Assembly (NCBI GenBank): GCA_035357435.1
Contig: DAOPNM010000003.1
Coordinates: 1 to 28,489 of the forward strand
Source of the DNA: an archaeon
Lineage (GTDB): Archaea; Iainarchaeota; Iainarchaeia; Iainarchaeales; CSSED10-239
DNA length: 28,489 nt
Direction of reading: 5' to 3'
The position numbers and the translations under genes are program-made. Of this stretch, positions 1 to 7,961 are shown in pieces. The notes under the pieces were generated by a model. The model did not search any database. It was not told where the DNA came from and worked only from the letters and a program-made list of their open reading frames with translations. Numbering within the stretch: the stretch's first letter is position 1; every line of letters starts with the position of its first letter.

Positions 1-654
1 TGGATAACTTGAACCACAACATATACCATTGCTAGCATTACCTGTTGCTTTAATATAACAATTGTTAAATAATATATTGTTAGAATAGCAATGACCTATA
101 AAAAAAGAATTTGCATTATCTCCAATGGTTATTAAATTAGAATCAATAATTGTAATGTATGCTGCGTTATGGATAGAAATAGCCGAGGCTATTGCAATAA
201 TATTACAATTTTTAGTAAGAAAATAGGTGCTATCCCCTGTATACACACCTGTATTAACATTTATTATAGAATGGCCATTACAATCTAAAGTAACATTGTT
301 GGCACCTATATTAAAACAGGTTTCTATTCCCTGCCCATCTATGTCTTGTGCTAATACATATGTAGTATTGCTTCTGCCTAAGTACCCACATTGATTTATA
401 TCACAAGGAGAGGATGTACATTGACTTGGTGGAATACCAGTAACATAACCAGTTATTTTTAAATTGTCATTCATGTTTGTTGTTGTTAAAAATGAAAATA
501 AGAAAATTATACCAAATATTGTTAAAATTAAGGCTATTACATAAGATGTTGTCTTTTGCCTTATTTTTTGCTGATTTTGTTTGTTATTAATAATATCTTT
601 TTCCTGTTGTTTGGATATTATAGTTTTTTGTGTATTTTCTTTTTTGTAAACCAT
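1..654 (-). CDS. Partial membrane-anchored surface protein with a Cys-rich region and right-handed parallel beta-helix (PbH1/NosD-like) repeats; C-terminus runs off the window start
   Basis: Absent from the ORF track because it has no in-window stop. Reverse-strand ATG at 654-652, open to base 1 (218 codons). Translation: MVYKKENTQK..., then a TM anchor (SYVIALILTIFGIIFLFSFL), then QCTSSPCDINQCGYLGRSNTTYVLAQDIDGQGIETCFNIGANNVTLDCNGHSIINVNTG. The G-x-Y-x-L...C-x-x-I...NVTLDCNGH pattern is typical of archaeal beta-helix surface proteins. Confidence 0.6.
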   Translation of the reverse strand, partial: MVYKKENTQKTIISKQQEKDIINNKQNQQKIRQKTTSYVIALILTIFGIIFLFSFLTTTNMNDNLKITGYVTGIPPSQCTSSPCDINQCGYLGRSNTTYVLAQDIDGQGIETCFNIGANNVTLDCNGHSIINVNTGVYTGDSTYFLTKNCNIIAIASAISIHNAAYITIIDSNLITIGDNANSFFIGHCYSNNILFNNCYIKATGNASNGICCGSSYP

Positions 655-680
655 ATTTTCTTTGATTTTATATTTTTTTA

Positions 681-690
681 TTATAAAAAA
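681..690 (-). promoter_or_regulatory. Candidate TATA box for the beta-helix protein gene
   Basis: Reverse strand reads TTTTTTATAATAAAAAAATATAAAATCAAAGAAAAT followed by ATG. A TTTATAAT element lies roughly 25-35 nt upstream of the start, consistent with a short-leader or leaderless archaeal promoter. Confidence 0.3.
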
Positions 691-795
691 TAGAACCCAA
701 ACAATTTATATATATTTCGTCAGAGGTTTCAAATCTATTTTTGTTATTTCAGTCTATATGTTATATCAAAAAATCGGAAAATATAAAAAAATAAA

Positions 796-1548
796 CTATT
801 GCAAAACATTTGAATCTGCTAACTCTTTCTCAAAATCATCTATATATTTTTGAATATCATCTAAATCAGGAAACAAAAACTTTTCAATTAAAACTAATGC
901 TTTCTCTATATCTTCTGCAGATTTTAATTTTACAATAATAGATTTATTTGAGGCATCTAAATATATACTTGTTTCCTTTAATTGTGGATCTGGATACTCA
1001 ACTAACAAAGAACTTTGTTTTTTACTTAAAATACTTAAACAGTCTTGTGCATTAAAATCTTGATTCATTTTATAATCTCCTAAACTTGCTTGACATGAAG
1101 TTACATCACCATTATTATTTAAACCTATTAACACAAAATCCACTTTTTTTTCACCAGCACCTTCTTTTACACCAAATATTTTTCTTAATTGGATTATAGG
1201 TGGTGCAATAGTTGATATATAATTTAGATCATCTTCATTATAATAAAACCCTAATGTAAAATTAATGTCTTTTGAAATAACATTAAATGCATCAGGTATA
1301 CTAAAACCATTTGAATAAATTGCAATTCCTGATTCATTATCAGTAAAAGAATATTTATTTTGTAAACTATAATTATATATAATTACACCAACAATTAAAG
1401 AAATAGATAGAATAATTATAATATTTACTATCAACTTTGTTTGTTTTTTTACAAACTTACTTCTTTTAACTTCCTCTTCTGTTTGAGATGCAGATTGCTC
1501 TATTTGTTCTTGTTGATCAAAACTTTTTTCTTTCTGTGTTTTTTCCAT
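796..1548 (-). CDS. Hypothetical type-II membrane protein: acidic/basic N-tail, one TM helix, about 190-aa extracytoplasmic domain
   Basis: 250-aa ORF with ATG start. TM segment is LIVNIIIILSISLIVGVIIYNY. No recognisable catalytic motif. Overlaps the 3' end of the upstream Fap7-like gene by 32 nt (1517-1548). Confidence 0.55.
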   Translation of the reverse strand: MEKTQKEKSFDQQEQIEQSASQTEEEVKRSKFVKKQTKLIVNIIIILSISLIVGVIIYNYSLQNKYSFTDNESGIAIYSNGFSIPDAFNVISKDINFTLGFYYNEDDLNYISTIAPPIIQLRKIFGVKEGAGEKKVDFVLIGLNNNGDVTSCQASLGDYKMNQDFNAQDCLSILSKKQSSLLVEYPDPQLKETSIYLDASNKSIIVKLKSAEDIEKALVLIEKFLFPDLDDIQKYIDDFEKELADSNVLQ

Positions 1549-2035
1549 AAATAATCTTTTTTATTTTATTTATATTTTTATTAATATCATTATTAACATT
1601 TACTTTATAAAAAACAACATCTTTCAAATCCAAATTATTTGAAACATAATTTGTTTCTTGACAAAAAACATTATCCTCAATTTTGGTTATAGGATATCTT
1701 CTTTCATTCAATCTTTTTCTTATATCCTTTGGAGAGGCACGTAATTCAAAAACAAAATCAAATAACTTAAGATTTTGTTTATTTAATTCACACCATAAAT
1801 GGCCTTCACAAATTATGTTTTTATAACTATTTTGTAAACAAAATTTTTTAAAAGCACTATTTAATTTAGGGATAGAAACAACATACTCATTTTGTTTTGT
1901 ATAACTTCCTAAATCATTTTTTTTACAAAACTCTTTATCATTCAAAATAATATATTTATTATTTAAAACCTTTTTTAAAGTTTTTGAAATAGTTGTTTTT
2001 CCAGTACCAGGAACACCAGTAATTAAAATAAACAT
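1517..2035 (-). CDS. fap7: Fap7/AK6-type adenylate-kinase-like NTPase (small-subunit ribosome maturation factor)
   Basis: P-loop MFILITGVPGTGKTT at the extreme N-terminus, EGHLW (the DGHL-type motif), and LRASPKDIRKRLNERRYPITKIEDNV. These match the architecture of archaeal Fap7 (about 170-180 aa). Start is 2 nt after the aCPSF1 stop. Confidence 0.75.
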   Translation of the reverse strand: MFILITGVPGTGKTTISKTLKKVLNNKYIILNDKEFCKKNDLGSYTKQNEYVVSIPKLNSAFKKFCLQNSYKNIICEGHLWCELNKQNLKLFDFVFELRASPKDIRKRLNERRYPITKIEDNVFCQETNYVSNNLDLKDVVFYKVNVNNDINKNINKIKKIIYGKNTERKKF

Positions 2036-2037
2036 AC

Positions 2038-3936
2038 CTATCTCAATCGAACACTCTCTAAATTTTTTATTGCAACAGCATTAAGATGGAACTTTTGAGA
2101 AACTGTTTTTGCAAAATCTTGACATGCATTTCCATGATTTACAATTATTGTTGATGGCTTATCTTTTAAATTATTAATATAACTAAGAAGCTCTTGTCTA
2201 TTTGCATGACCACTAAATGCATCAGCAGTAACAATATTCATTTTTACATCTATATGTTTTGCTTTACCTTGCTCATCAGTTATTAAAAAAGACCTTAAAC
2301 CTTTTTGTAATTTCCAACCCATAGAGTCTTTTGCTTGATACCCAACAAACACCAATGTGTTTTTTTCACTATCTGCTAATTTATAAAAATAACTAAGTGA
2401 TGGCCCTCCTGTCAACATACCAGAAGATGCAATAATTACAGAACCAGGATTATCTAAAACATTCTCTCTGGAATTCTCTGCATTGTCTACAGATACAAAC
2501 AAAGGGGACATAAATGGAGAATTATTATGAAGAACTCTTGTTTTAATTGTATGTCTTAAATACTCTGGATAAACAGTATGTATTGCTGATGCTTCTCTTG
2601 TCAAACCATCTATATACACCTTATCTACATTCAATTTTCCTCTTCTTTTATATTCTTCCAAAACAAGCATAACCTCTTGTGCTCTTCCAACAGAAAATGC
2701 AGGAATTAATGTTATTCCTCCTTTTGCAGCTGTGTCATTAATTGTTTGGATAAGTTGTTCTTCTACAATACTTCTATTAGACACTTCTTTTTTATCTCCA
2801 TAAGTACTTTCAATAATCAATGTTTCTAACCTTGGAAAATCCATATCAATATTATTTAATAGCCTTGTAAAACCATATTTTATATCTCCAGAATATACAA
2901 GATTATGTTTACCAGCACCTATATGCAAATGTACAGAAGAAGAACCTAAGACATGCCCTGCATTATAAAACGTTAACTTTACATCTGGTGCAATATTTGT
3001 AACTTCTCTATAATTTCTTACAATACAATGTTTAATCGTTTGTACAACATGTTCCTCTGAAAAAAGAGGTTCTTTTCCAGAAGAAACATTTACATTTATT
3101 GAATCAAATAAAAGTAAAGCCATTAAATCTCTTGTTGGTTCGGTACAATAAACAGGACCATTATAGCCTACCTTAAACAAATATGGTAAAAAACCAATAT
3201 GATCTATATGTGTATGAGAAATAACAACAGCATCTAATTCTTCTAATGGAAATCTTAATACTCCTAAATAAGGAAACTCTTCATTCTTATCTGCTTGATT
3301 AATCCCACAATCTAATAAAATTTTTGTATCTGGTGTTTCTAAAAGAATAGAACTTCTTCCAATTTCTCCGAAACCACCTAATGCAGTCATTCTTATCCAA
3401 TCTTTTGAACTAACAGGAGGAGAATAAATTTTTTTTGCAACATCTTTTAAAAAAGTTTTTCTTTCAGAAGTGTTTTTATAAATAAAACTTCTTACTTTCT
3501 TTAAAATATCAGAATCATCTGTTGGGGCTCTAATAATTTTTGGAATCCAATTTGTGTTATAAATGATCTCTTTTGAAACCACCCCTTGTTTTCCAATAAC
3601 AACACCTGGTTTAAGAGCTTCAATAACAACCTCGCCAAAAATTGAATCAAAATAAATATTTTTTACGCCTGCATCTTGAGGAATAAGCTTTGTAATAATA
3701 TTATATGCTTCTGAAACATCCATTAAAGATGTTTTCTCTGTACGAATATTAATTTTCTTCTTAAAATAATCAGCAATATCCCCAATTATCTTTTTATCAT
3801 CAAAATAAATTTTTGGATCTGTTGTATATATTCCTATTTCTGGTCCTTCTGGTTCAATTTTGGAATATGGTAAATTCTTTTCATCCAATTTATTGCTAAT
3901 TTCCTTCTTTATATCACAAAATAAATCATTCATCAT
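2038..3936 (-). CDS. fttA: aCPSF1/FttA: KH-domain beta-CASP metallo-beta-lactamase RNase (archaeal transcription termination factor)
   Basis: 632 aa. N-terminal KH-like region (GVVIGKQGV), metallo-beta-lactamase motif VISHTHIDHIGF, and beta-CASP C-terminal part with FSGHA. Length and domain order are typical of aCPSF1. Confidence 0.9.
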   Translation of the reverse strand: MMNDLFCDIKKEISNKLDEKNLPYSKIEPEGPEIGIYTTDPKIYFDDKKIIGDIADYFKKKINIRTEKTSLMDVSEAYNIITKLIPQDAGVKNIYFDSIFGEVVIEALKPGVVIGKQGVVSKEIIYNTNWIPKIIRAPTDDSDILKKVRSFIYKNTSERKTFLKDVAKKIYSPPVSSKDWIRMTALGGFGEIGRSSILLETPDTKILLDCGINQADKNEEFPYLGVLRFPLEELDAVVISHTHIDHIGFLPYLFKVGYNGPVYCTEPTRDLMALLLFDSINVNVSSGKEPLFSEEHVVQTIKHCIVRNYREVTNIAPDVKLTFYNAGHVLGSSSVHLHIGAGKHNLVYSGDIKYGFTRLLNNIDMDFPRLETLIIESTYGDKKEVSNRSIVEEQLIQTINDTAAKGGITLIPAFSVGRAQEVMLVLEEYKRRGKLNVDKVYIDGLTREASAIHTVYPEYLRHTIKTRVLHNNSPFMSPLFVSVDNAENSRENVLDNPGSVIIASSGMLTGGPSLSYFYKLADSEKNTLVFVGYQAKDSMGWKLQKGLRSFLITDEQGKAKHIDVKMNIVTADAFSGHANRQELLSYINNLKDKPSTIIVNHGNACQDFAKTVSQKFHLNAVAIKNLESVRLR

Positions 3937-4025
3937 TTATCACTAACTTTTAAAATTTATTTCAAAAAAAGCTTTAACAAATCAAATTTTAATTAAAAAT
4001 AAATATAACAAAAACAAAAAAGAAA

Positions 4026-4640
4026 CTATTTATCAAACTTCTGTAATGGTAATTCCTGAACACCATTTTTATCAATAACTACAACTTTAATTCCATCCCC
4101 ACCAGAAAAAATATCTCTTTTCTTTGCAAAAGAAATTGCATCTTTTGCTAACTCTATTGCATCTTTCACTAAAATGTTTGGTTTATAACTTTTATCTAAA
4201 ATGCTTGCAACTAATTCTGATCCAGAACCAGTAAATGTAAACTTTGTTTCTTCAGTTATTCCCCCAACCATATCTAAATTATATAAAAAAAAAGTGTTAT
4301 TGGAATATCCACCTAAAATAAACTGTGTATAAAATGGAACCATTCTACTTGAATTTAAAACATTTGACAAAAGAGTAACACAAGATTTTGGGCTCATTGG
4401 TCTTTTGTGTTCTAATTCATATAAATTTGCTTGATTTTGTAAAAATCTAACTAAAATTAAGGCATCCCCAACGCCTCCTGCAATAGTTAAAGCAATATTA
4501 TCATTTATTTTATATATCTTTGTAGAAGACTCATTTGCACGCATGTGGCCAATTGTAGATAAACTATCTGCAGCTAAAACTATTCCATCTTTGGCAACAA
4601 TACCAACTGTTGTTGTTCCTCTTTTAACTTCTTCAGTCAT
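4026..4640 (-). CDS. psmB: Proteasome beta subunit (start corrected from the ORF-track GTG at 4652 to ATG at 4640)
   Basis: MTEEVKRG propeptide followed by the TTTVGIVAKDGIVLAADS active-site Thr1 motif. AGGTGA Shine-Dalgarno at 4654-4649, 8 nt upstream of ATG 4640. The track start at 4652 is the GTG inside that SD. Confidence 0.9.
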   Translation of the reverse strand: MTEEVKRGTTTVGIVAKDGIVLAADSLSTIGHMRANESSTKIYKINDNIALTIAGGVGDALILVRFLQNQANLYELEHKRPMSPKSCVTLLSNVLNSSRMVPFYTQFILGGYSNNTFFLYNLDMVGGITEETKFTFTGSGSELVASILDKSYKPNILVKDAIELAKDAISFAKKRDIFSGGDGIKVVVIDKNGVQELPLQKFDK

Positions 4641-5349
4641 AATTTTCTTCACCTAAACTATGATTATGCTCTGATTTTTTATAAATCTCAGAATATTTAA
4701 TGGTATCTACATTTGTAACATCAAAAACTAAATGAGAAAAAAAATGTTTGAAATCAGATAATCTTGAAAATAGATCATTTGTACACATTATTTCTAATTC
4801 TTTGTCTTTTAAATTAAATGTAATTGTATCTTTTGGTAATGATGAAAAATATGTGTCTAAAAAACATTGAATCTTGTCTTTATCTTGTGTATAAATTTTA
4901 TTTATTGTTACTGTATACTCTAAATCTCTTCCTGCAAATGGTGGATTTAAATCTATCTTTACTCTACCACCAGAAATACTAATTATTTTTCCTGATTGAT
5001 CACCAAGATTTATTTGCATACCTACTTCTGGGGTAATATTTTCCTTCTTAAATTCAGAAATTGGCAATATTCTTGTATTTTGTGGGTCTCTATCACCAAA
5101 AGCATTATCTTTTGTTAAAGAAAAGGTTTTTGTATCTCCTTCCTTTAAATTTTTTATATTCTCTTCAATAGAGGGTAAAAGGTCGCCTGTTCCAAAAATC
5201 TTAACTAATGGTTTATATATCGCCTTTGGATTAAGATTATTCTCTTTTGCTATTTTTTCAAAAGTTGTATCTAAAACCTCTTTTGTATTATTATCTTTTA
5301 AAATAAGGTCTAATACTATAACATCATTTTTTTGCATCATTATTCTCAT
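4633..5349 (-). CDS. Long-type archaeal FKBP peptidyl-prolyl isomerase with insert-in-flap (SlyD-like) domain and C-terminal extension
   Basis: 238 aa. GDLLPSIEENIKNLKEGDTKTF, IF-domain stretch, and GGRVKIDLNPPFAGRDLEYTVTINKIY (compare NHPLAG-K-x-L-x-F-x-V in SlyD/FKBP). The true start may be one of the Met codons at residues 4-5 (MRIMMQ). Confidence 0.75.
   Translation of the reverse strand: MRIMMQKNDVIVLDLILKDNNTKEVLDTTFEKIAKENNLNPKAIYKPLVKIFGTGDLLPSIEENIKNLKEGDTKTFSLTKDNAFGDRDPQNTRILPISEFKKENITPEVGMQINLGDQSGKIISISGGRVKIDLNPPFAGRDLEYTVTINKIYTQDKDKIQCFLDTYFSSLPKDTITFNLKDKELEIMCTNDLFSRLSDFKHFFSHLVFDVTNVDTIKYSEIYKKSEHNHSLGEENYD
4649..4654 (-). promoter_or_regulatory. Shine-Dalgarno (AGGTGA) for psmB, embedded in the 3' end of the FKBP gene
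   Basis: Reverse strand reads TTTAGGTGAAGAAAATTATG. Confidence 0.6.
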
Positions 5350-5526
5350 TTTTCATTTATTTTAGATATCATTGATATAACATAAACAAAATTTAGTTTA
5401 TAAAACAGAATATCAAAAACAGATTTTATATAAAATATAAGTATAAATCAATTTAAAAAGGTTTTCTTTTAACCATAAATTATTAAATAAAAATTATTTT
5501 TAACAAAAAATAAATATATTAAAAAA

Positions 5527-5533
5527 GAGGTGA
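5527..5533 (+). promoter_or_regulatory. Shine-Dalgarno (GAGGTGA) for the 58-aa ORF
   Basis: AAAAGAGGTGAAATAAAATG read directly from the sequence. Confidence 0.55.
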
Positions 5534-5539
5534 AATAAA

Positions 5540-5716
5540 ATGGCAAACAAACCAACATTAACACCAGAGCAAATAAAAAAATTAAAAAAAATGGAAGAAG
5601 AATATAAAAAACAAGAAATTTTAAAAAAACAAAAAACAAAAGAAAGAGAAAAAAAAAGCACATTAACAAGAAAAACAGAAAGAAGAAAAAAAGAAATATT
5701 ACATAGATATGCATAA
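5540..5716 (+). CDS. Small (58 aa) highly basic Lys/Glu-rich protein, function unknown
   Basis: Not in the ORF track (under 60 aa). GAGGTGA at 5527-5533 lies 6 nt before the ATG at 5540, and the stop is TAA at 5714-5716. Translation: MANKPTLTPEQIKKLKKMEEEYKKQEILKKQKTKEREKKSTLTRKTERRKKEILHRYA. The 81-aa antisense ORF in the track (5469..5714) is Phe/Leu-rich low complexity and looks like its mirror artefact. Confidence 0.5.
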   Translation: MANKPTLTPEQIKKLKKMEEEYKKQEILKKQKTKEREKKSTLTRKTERRKKEILHRYA

Positions 5717-5800
5717 ATTAGTTGTTTAACACAAAAACAAAACTTACTTTCTTATTTTTATTTAAATATTTGTCAACAACTCTTTATTTGGAAAAAAATA

Positions 5801-5820
5801 TTTTGAAAACTTTTGAAAAC
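5801..5820 (+). repeat. Perfect 2 x 10-bp tandem repeat (TTTTGAAAAC) ending 2 nt before the hel308 ATG
   Basis: 5801-5810 and 5811-5820 are identical. A TTTAAATA TATA-like element lies about 55 nt upstream of the ATG, so the repeat would sit in a short 5' leader. Confidence 0.8.
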
Positions 5821-5822
5821 AT

Positions 5823-7955
5823 ATGGACAACTATGAAATTGCACAAAAAATAATAGAAATAAACAACTTTAAAGAACTAAATCCACCACAAAAACAAACA
5901 ATTAACTATATTGGAGAAAACTTAATAGTATGTACACCCACTGCATCAGGTAAAACAACAATCTTTGAAATGTTTTTGATTGATTGCTTAATAAATAAAA
6001 GAAAAAAAGCAATTTATGTCTCACCATTAAAAGCACTAACATCTGAACATTATTACGATATTAAAAAAAAGTTTGAAAAAGAATTTAATTGCAAAGTTGG
6101 ATATTCCACAGGCGATTTAGACGCATCAGTTAAGCATTTAGAAAATTATGATATCCTTTTTCTAACATATGAAAAATTTGATTCTGTTGTAAGACACAAA
6201 CCTAACTGGTTAAAAGAAGTTGGGCTAATTGGAATTGATGAAATCCATGAAATCGGGAATGATAGAGGGGCAACATTAGAAATAGTTATTACACAAATAA
6301 AACAGAACTATAAAAACATAAAAATATTAGGACTATCTGCAACCATTGGAAATGCAAAACAACTTGCAGAATGGTTAGATGCAAAACTTATTGAAAGTAA
6401 TTATAGACCTGTACCATTAAAGATAGGAGTATTTTATGATAACAAAATATATTTTGAAGATGAACAAATCACACTAAGTGATGCAAAAAATTCAGATATA
6501 GGGATTGTTATAAAAGACACACTAAAAAAACAAAAACAAATAATTATTTTTTGTAACTCTAGAAAAAATACAATGTCATTTGCACAAAAATACTCTAAAA
6601 TAGTAAAAGAACATTTATCAGAAAAAGAAATAGAAAAACTAAGAAAAATTGCAGAAGATGCAGGAAATGCATTAGAACAACCAACACAACAATGTTTAGA
6701 ATTATATAATGACCTACTTTCTGGCGTGGCATTCCACCATGCAGGATTAGTTCACACACAAAGAAAAATCGTAGAAGAAGAATTTAAAAACAAAAACATT
6801 AAAGTAATATTTGCAACACCTACATTGGCGGCAGGAATAAACCTTCCTGCATTCAGAGTATTAATACACACTGTTTTTAGATATGAAAATTATGGAATGG
6901 TGCCAATACCAATAAATGAATTTTTTCAAATGGCAGGAAGAGCAGGTAGACCTAAATATGATGATAGAGGAGAAGCTATTGTAGGGGTAAATAGAGAAAG
7001 CGATATTCAAAAAATATTTAATACATACATCTATTCTGGACCAACAGACATAGAATCACAACTAGCAAAAATAAATTTATTAAGAACACAATTGTTGTCA
7101 ATAATATTAATAAATGAACTAAAAACAATTGAAGATATACAAAAATTTATTTCAAAAACATTTTATTACCACATATTTGGAAACACAAAAGAAATTAGAG
7201 AAAATATTTATGAAATAATAAATGAATTTAAAGAATTCGGATTTTTAGAAATAAAAGAAAACAACAATATTCAAATAACAAAACTAGGAGAACAAATTTG
7301 CTATTTATATATTGATCCATTATCTGCATATAACATAATACAAGATCTAAACATAAAAAATAGTAAAAAACAATTAACTGAAAAAGATTTAATATACACA
7401 ATATTAAATACAACAGAAATGGCACCTTACCTTCACTACAAACAAGATACAGAAGATGAATTGTTTTCAACATTGGAAGACATAAAACAAAATATATTTT
7501 TTGATTATGAAGATTTATATCTTCTTTCAAAAATAAATGAAGCAGAAATGCTAAATGAATGGATTTCTGAAACACAAGAAAATAAATTAATAGAAAAATT
7601 TAATACCACACCAGGACAAATAAGAAACATAATATTAAAAGCAGAATGGATATGCCATTGCATAATTGAAATTGCAAAATTTACACAAACAAAAAACCTT
7701 AAACTTATTTATGATTTCAAAAAAATAGATACCAGACTAAAATATGGAATAAAAGAAGAACTAATACCATTGGTACAATTAAAAGGAATTGGAAGAATAA
7801 GAGCAAGAAAATTATATAATGCAGGAATTAAAAATATAGGAGATATCTCTAAAAATCCAGAAAAAATAGTAACCATTTTAGGAAAAATTGGTATAGAAAT
7901 ATTAAAAGAACTAAAAATAGATTATCAAAAAGAAGGCACACAAAAAACATTTTAA
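5823..7955 (+). CDS. hel308: Hel308/Hjm-type Ski2-like DNA helicase
   Basis: 710 aa. Motif I CTPTASGKTT, motif II GIDEIHEIG, SAT (LSATIGN), motif VI QMAGRAGRP, and C-terminal helix-hairpin-helix LKGIGRIRARKLYNAGIKNIGDI. Confidence 0.85.
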   Translation: MDNYEIAQKIIEINNFKELNPPQKQTINYIGENLIVCTPTASGKTTIFEMFLIDCLINKRKKAIYVSPLKALTSEHYYDIKKKFEKEFNCKVGYSTGDLDASVKHLENYDILFLTYEKFDSVVRHKPNWLKEVGLIGIDEIHEIGNDRGATLEIVITQIKQNYKNIKILGLSATIGNAKQLAEWLDAKLIESNYRPVPLKIGVFYDNKIYFEDEQITLSDAKNSDIGIVIKDTLKKQKQIIIFCNSRKNTMSFAQKYSKIVKEHLSEKEIEKLRKIAEDAGNALEQPTQQCLELYNDLLSGVAFHHAGLVHTQRKIVEEEFKNKNIKVIFATPTLAAGINLPAFRVLIHTVFRYENYGMVPIPINEFFQMAGRAGRPKYDDRGEAIVGVNRESDIQKIFNTYIYSGPTDIESQLAKINLLRTQLLSIILINELKTIEDIQKFISKTFYYHIFGNTKEIRENIYEIINEFKEFGFLEIKENNNIQITKLGEQICYLYIDPLSAYNIIQDLNIKNSKKQLTEKDLIYTILNTTEMAPYLHYKQDTEDELFSTLEDIKQNIFFDYEDLYLLSKINEAEMLNEWISETQENKLIEKFNTTPGQIRNIILKAEWICHCIIEIAKFTQTKNLKLIYDFKKIDTRLKYGIKEELIPLVQLKGIGRIRARKLYNAGIKNIGDISKNPEKIVTILGKIGIEILKELKIDYQKEGTQKTF

Positions 7956-7961
7956 AAAAAA

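Noticed and set aside
662-853. 63-aa + strand ORF in the gap between the beta-helix gene and the 250-aa gene
   Set aside because: It starts at TTG, is low complexity, and runs antisense into the 3' end of the 250-aa gene. The region is better explained as the promoter of the minus-strand beta-helix gene.
5366-5378. 13-nt palindrome ATATCA-T-TGATAT upstream of the FKBP gene
   Set aside because: Its 6-bp arms are made of A/T-rich sequence, which is expected by chance in this composition.
5469-5714. 81-aa minus-strand ORF from the track (MHIYVIFLFFFFLFFLL...)
   Set aside because: It is Phe/Leu-rich low complexity generated by reading the A-rich + strand backwards. It has no SD or promoter context. 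The + strand 58-codon ORF with a GAGGTGA SD explains the region better.
7228-7575. Antisense ORFs inside well-supported genes: 7228-7575, 11828-12049, 12240-12428, 12347-12553, 14870-15130, 15905-16204, 18502-18687, 19357-19608, 22914-23147, 23726-23941, 24886-25128, 25157-25357, 26012-26311, 26465-26833, 27640-27939
   Set aside because: Each lies wholly opposite a gene with clear family motifs or good start context. Their compositions are hydrophobic and low complexity, and none has an SD or TATA context. These are typical shadow ORFs of Lys/Glu/Asn-rich genes.
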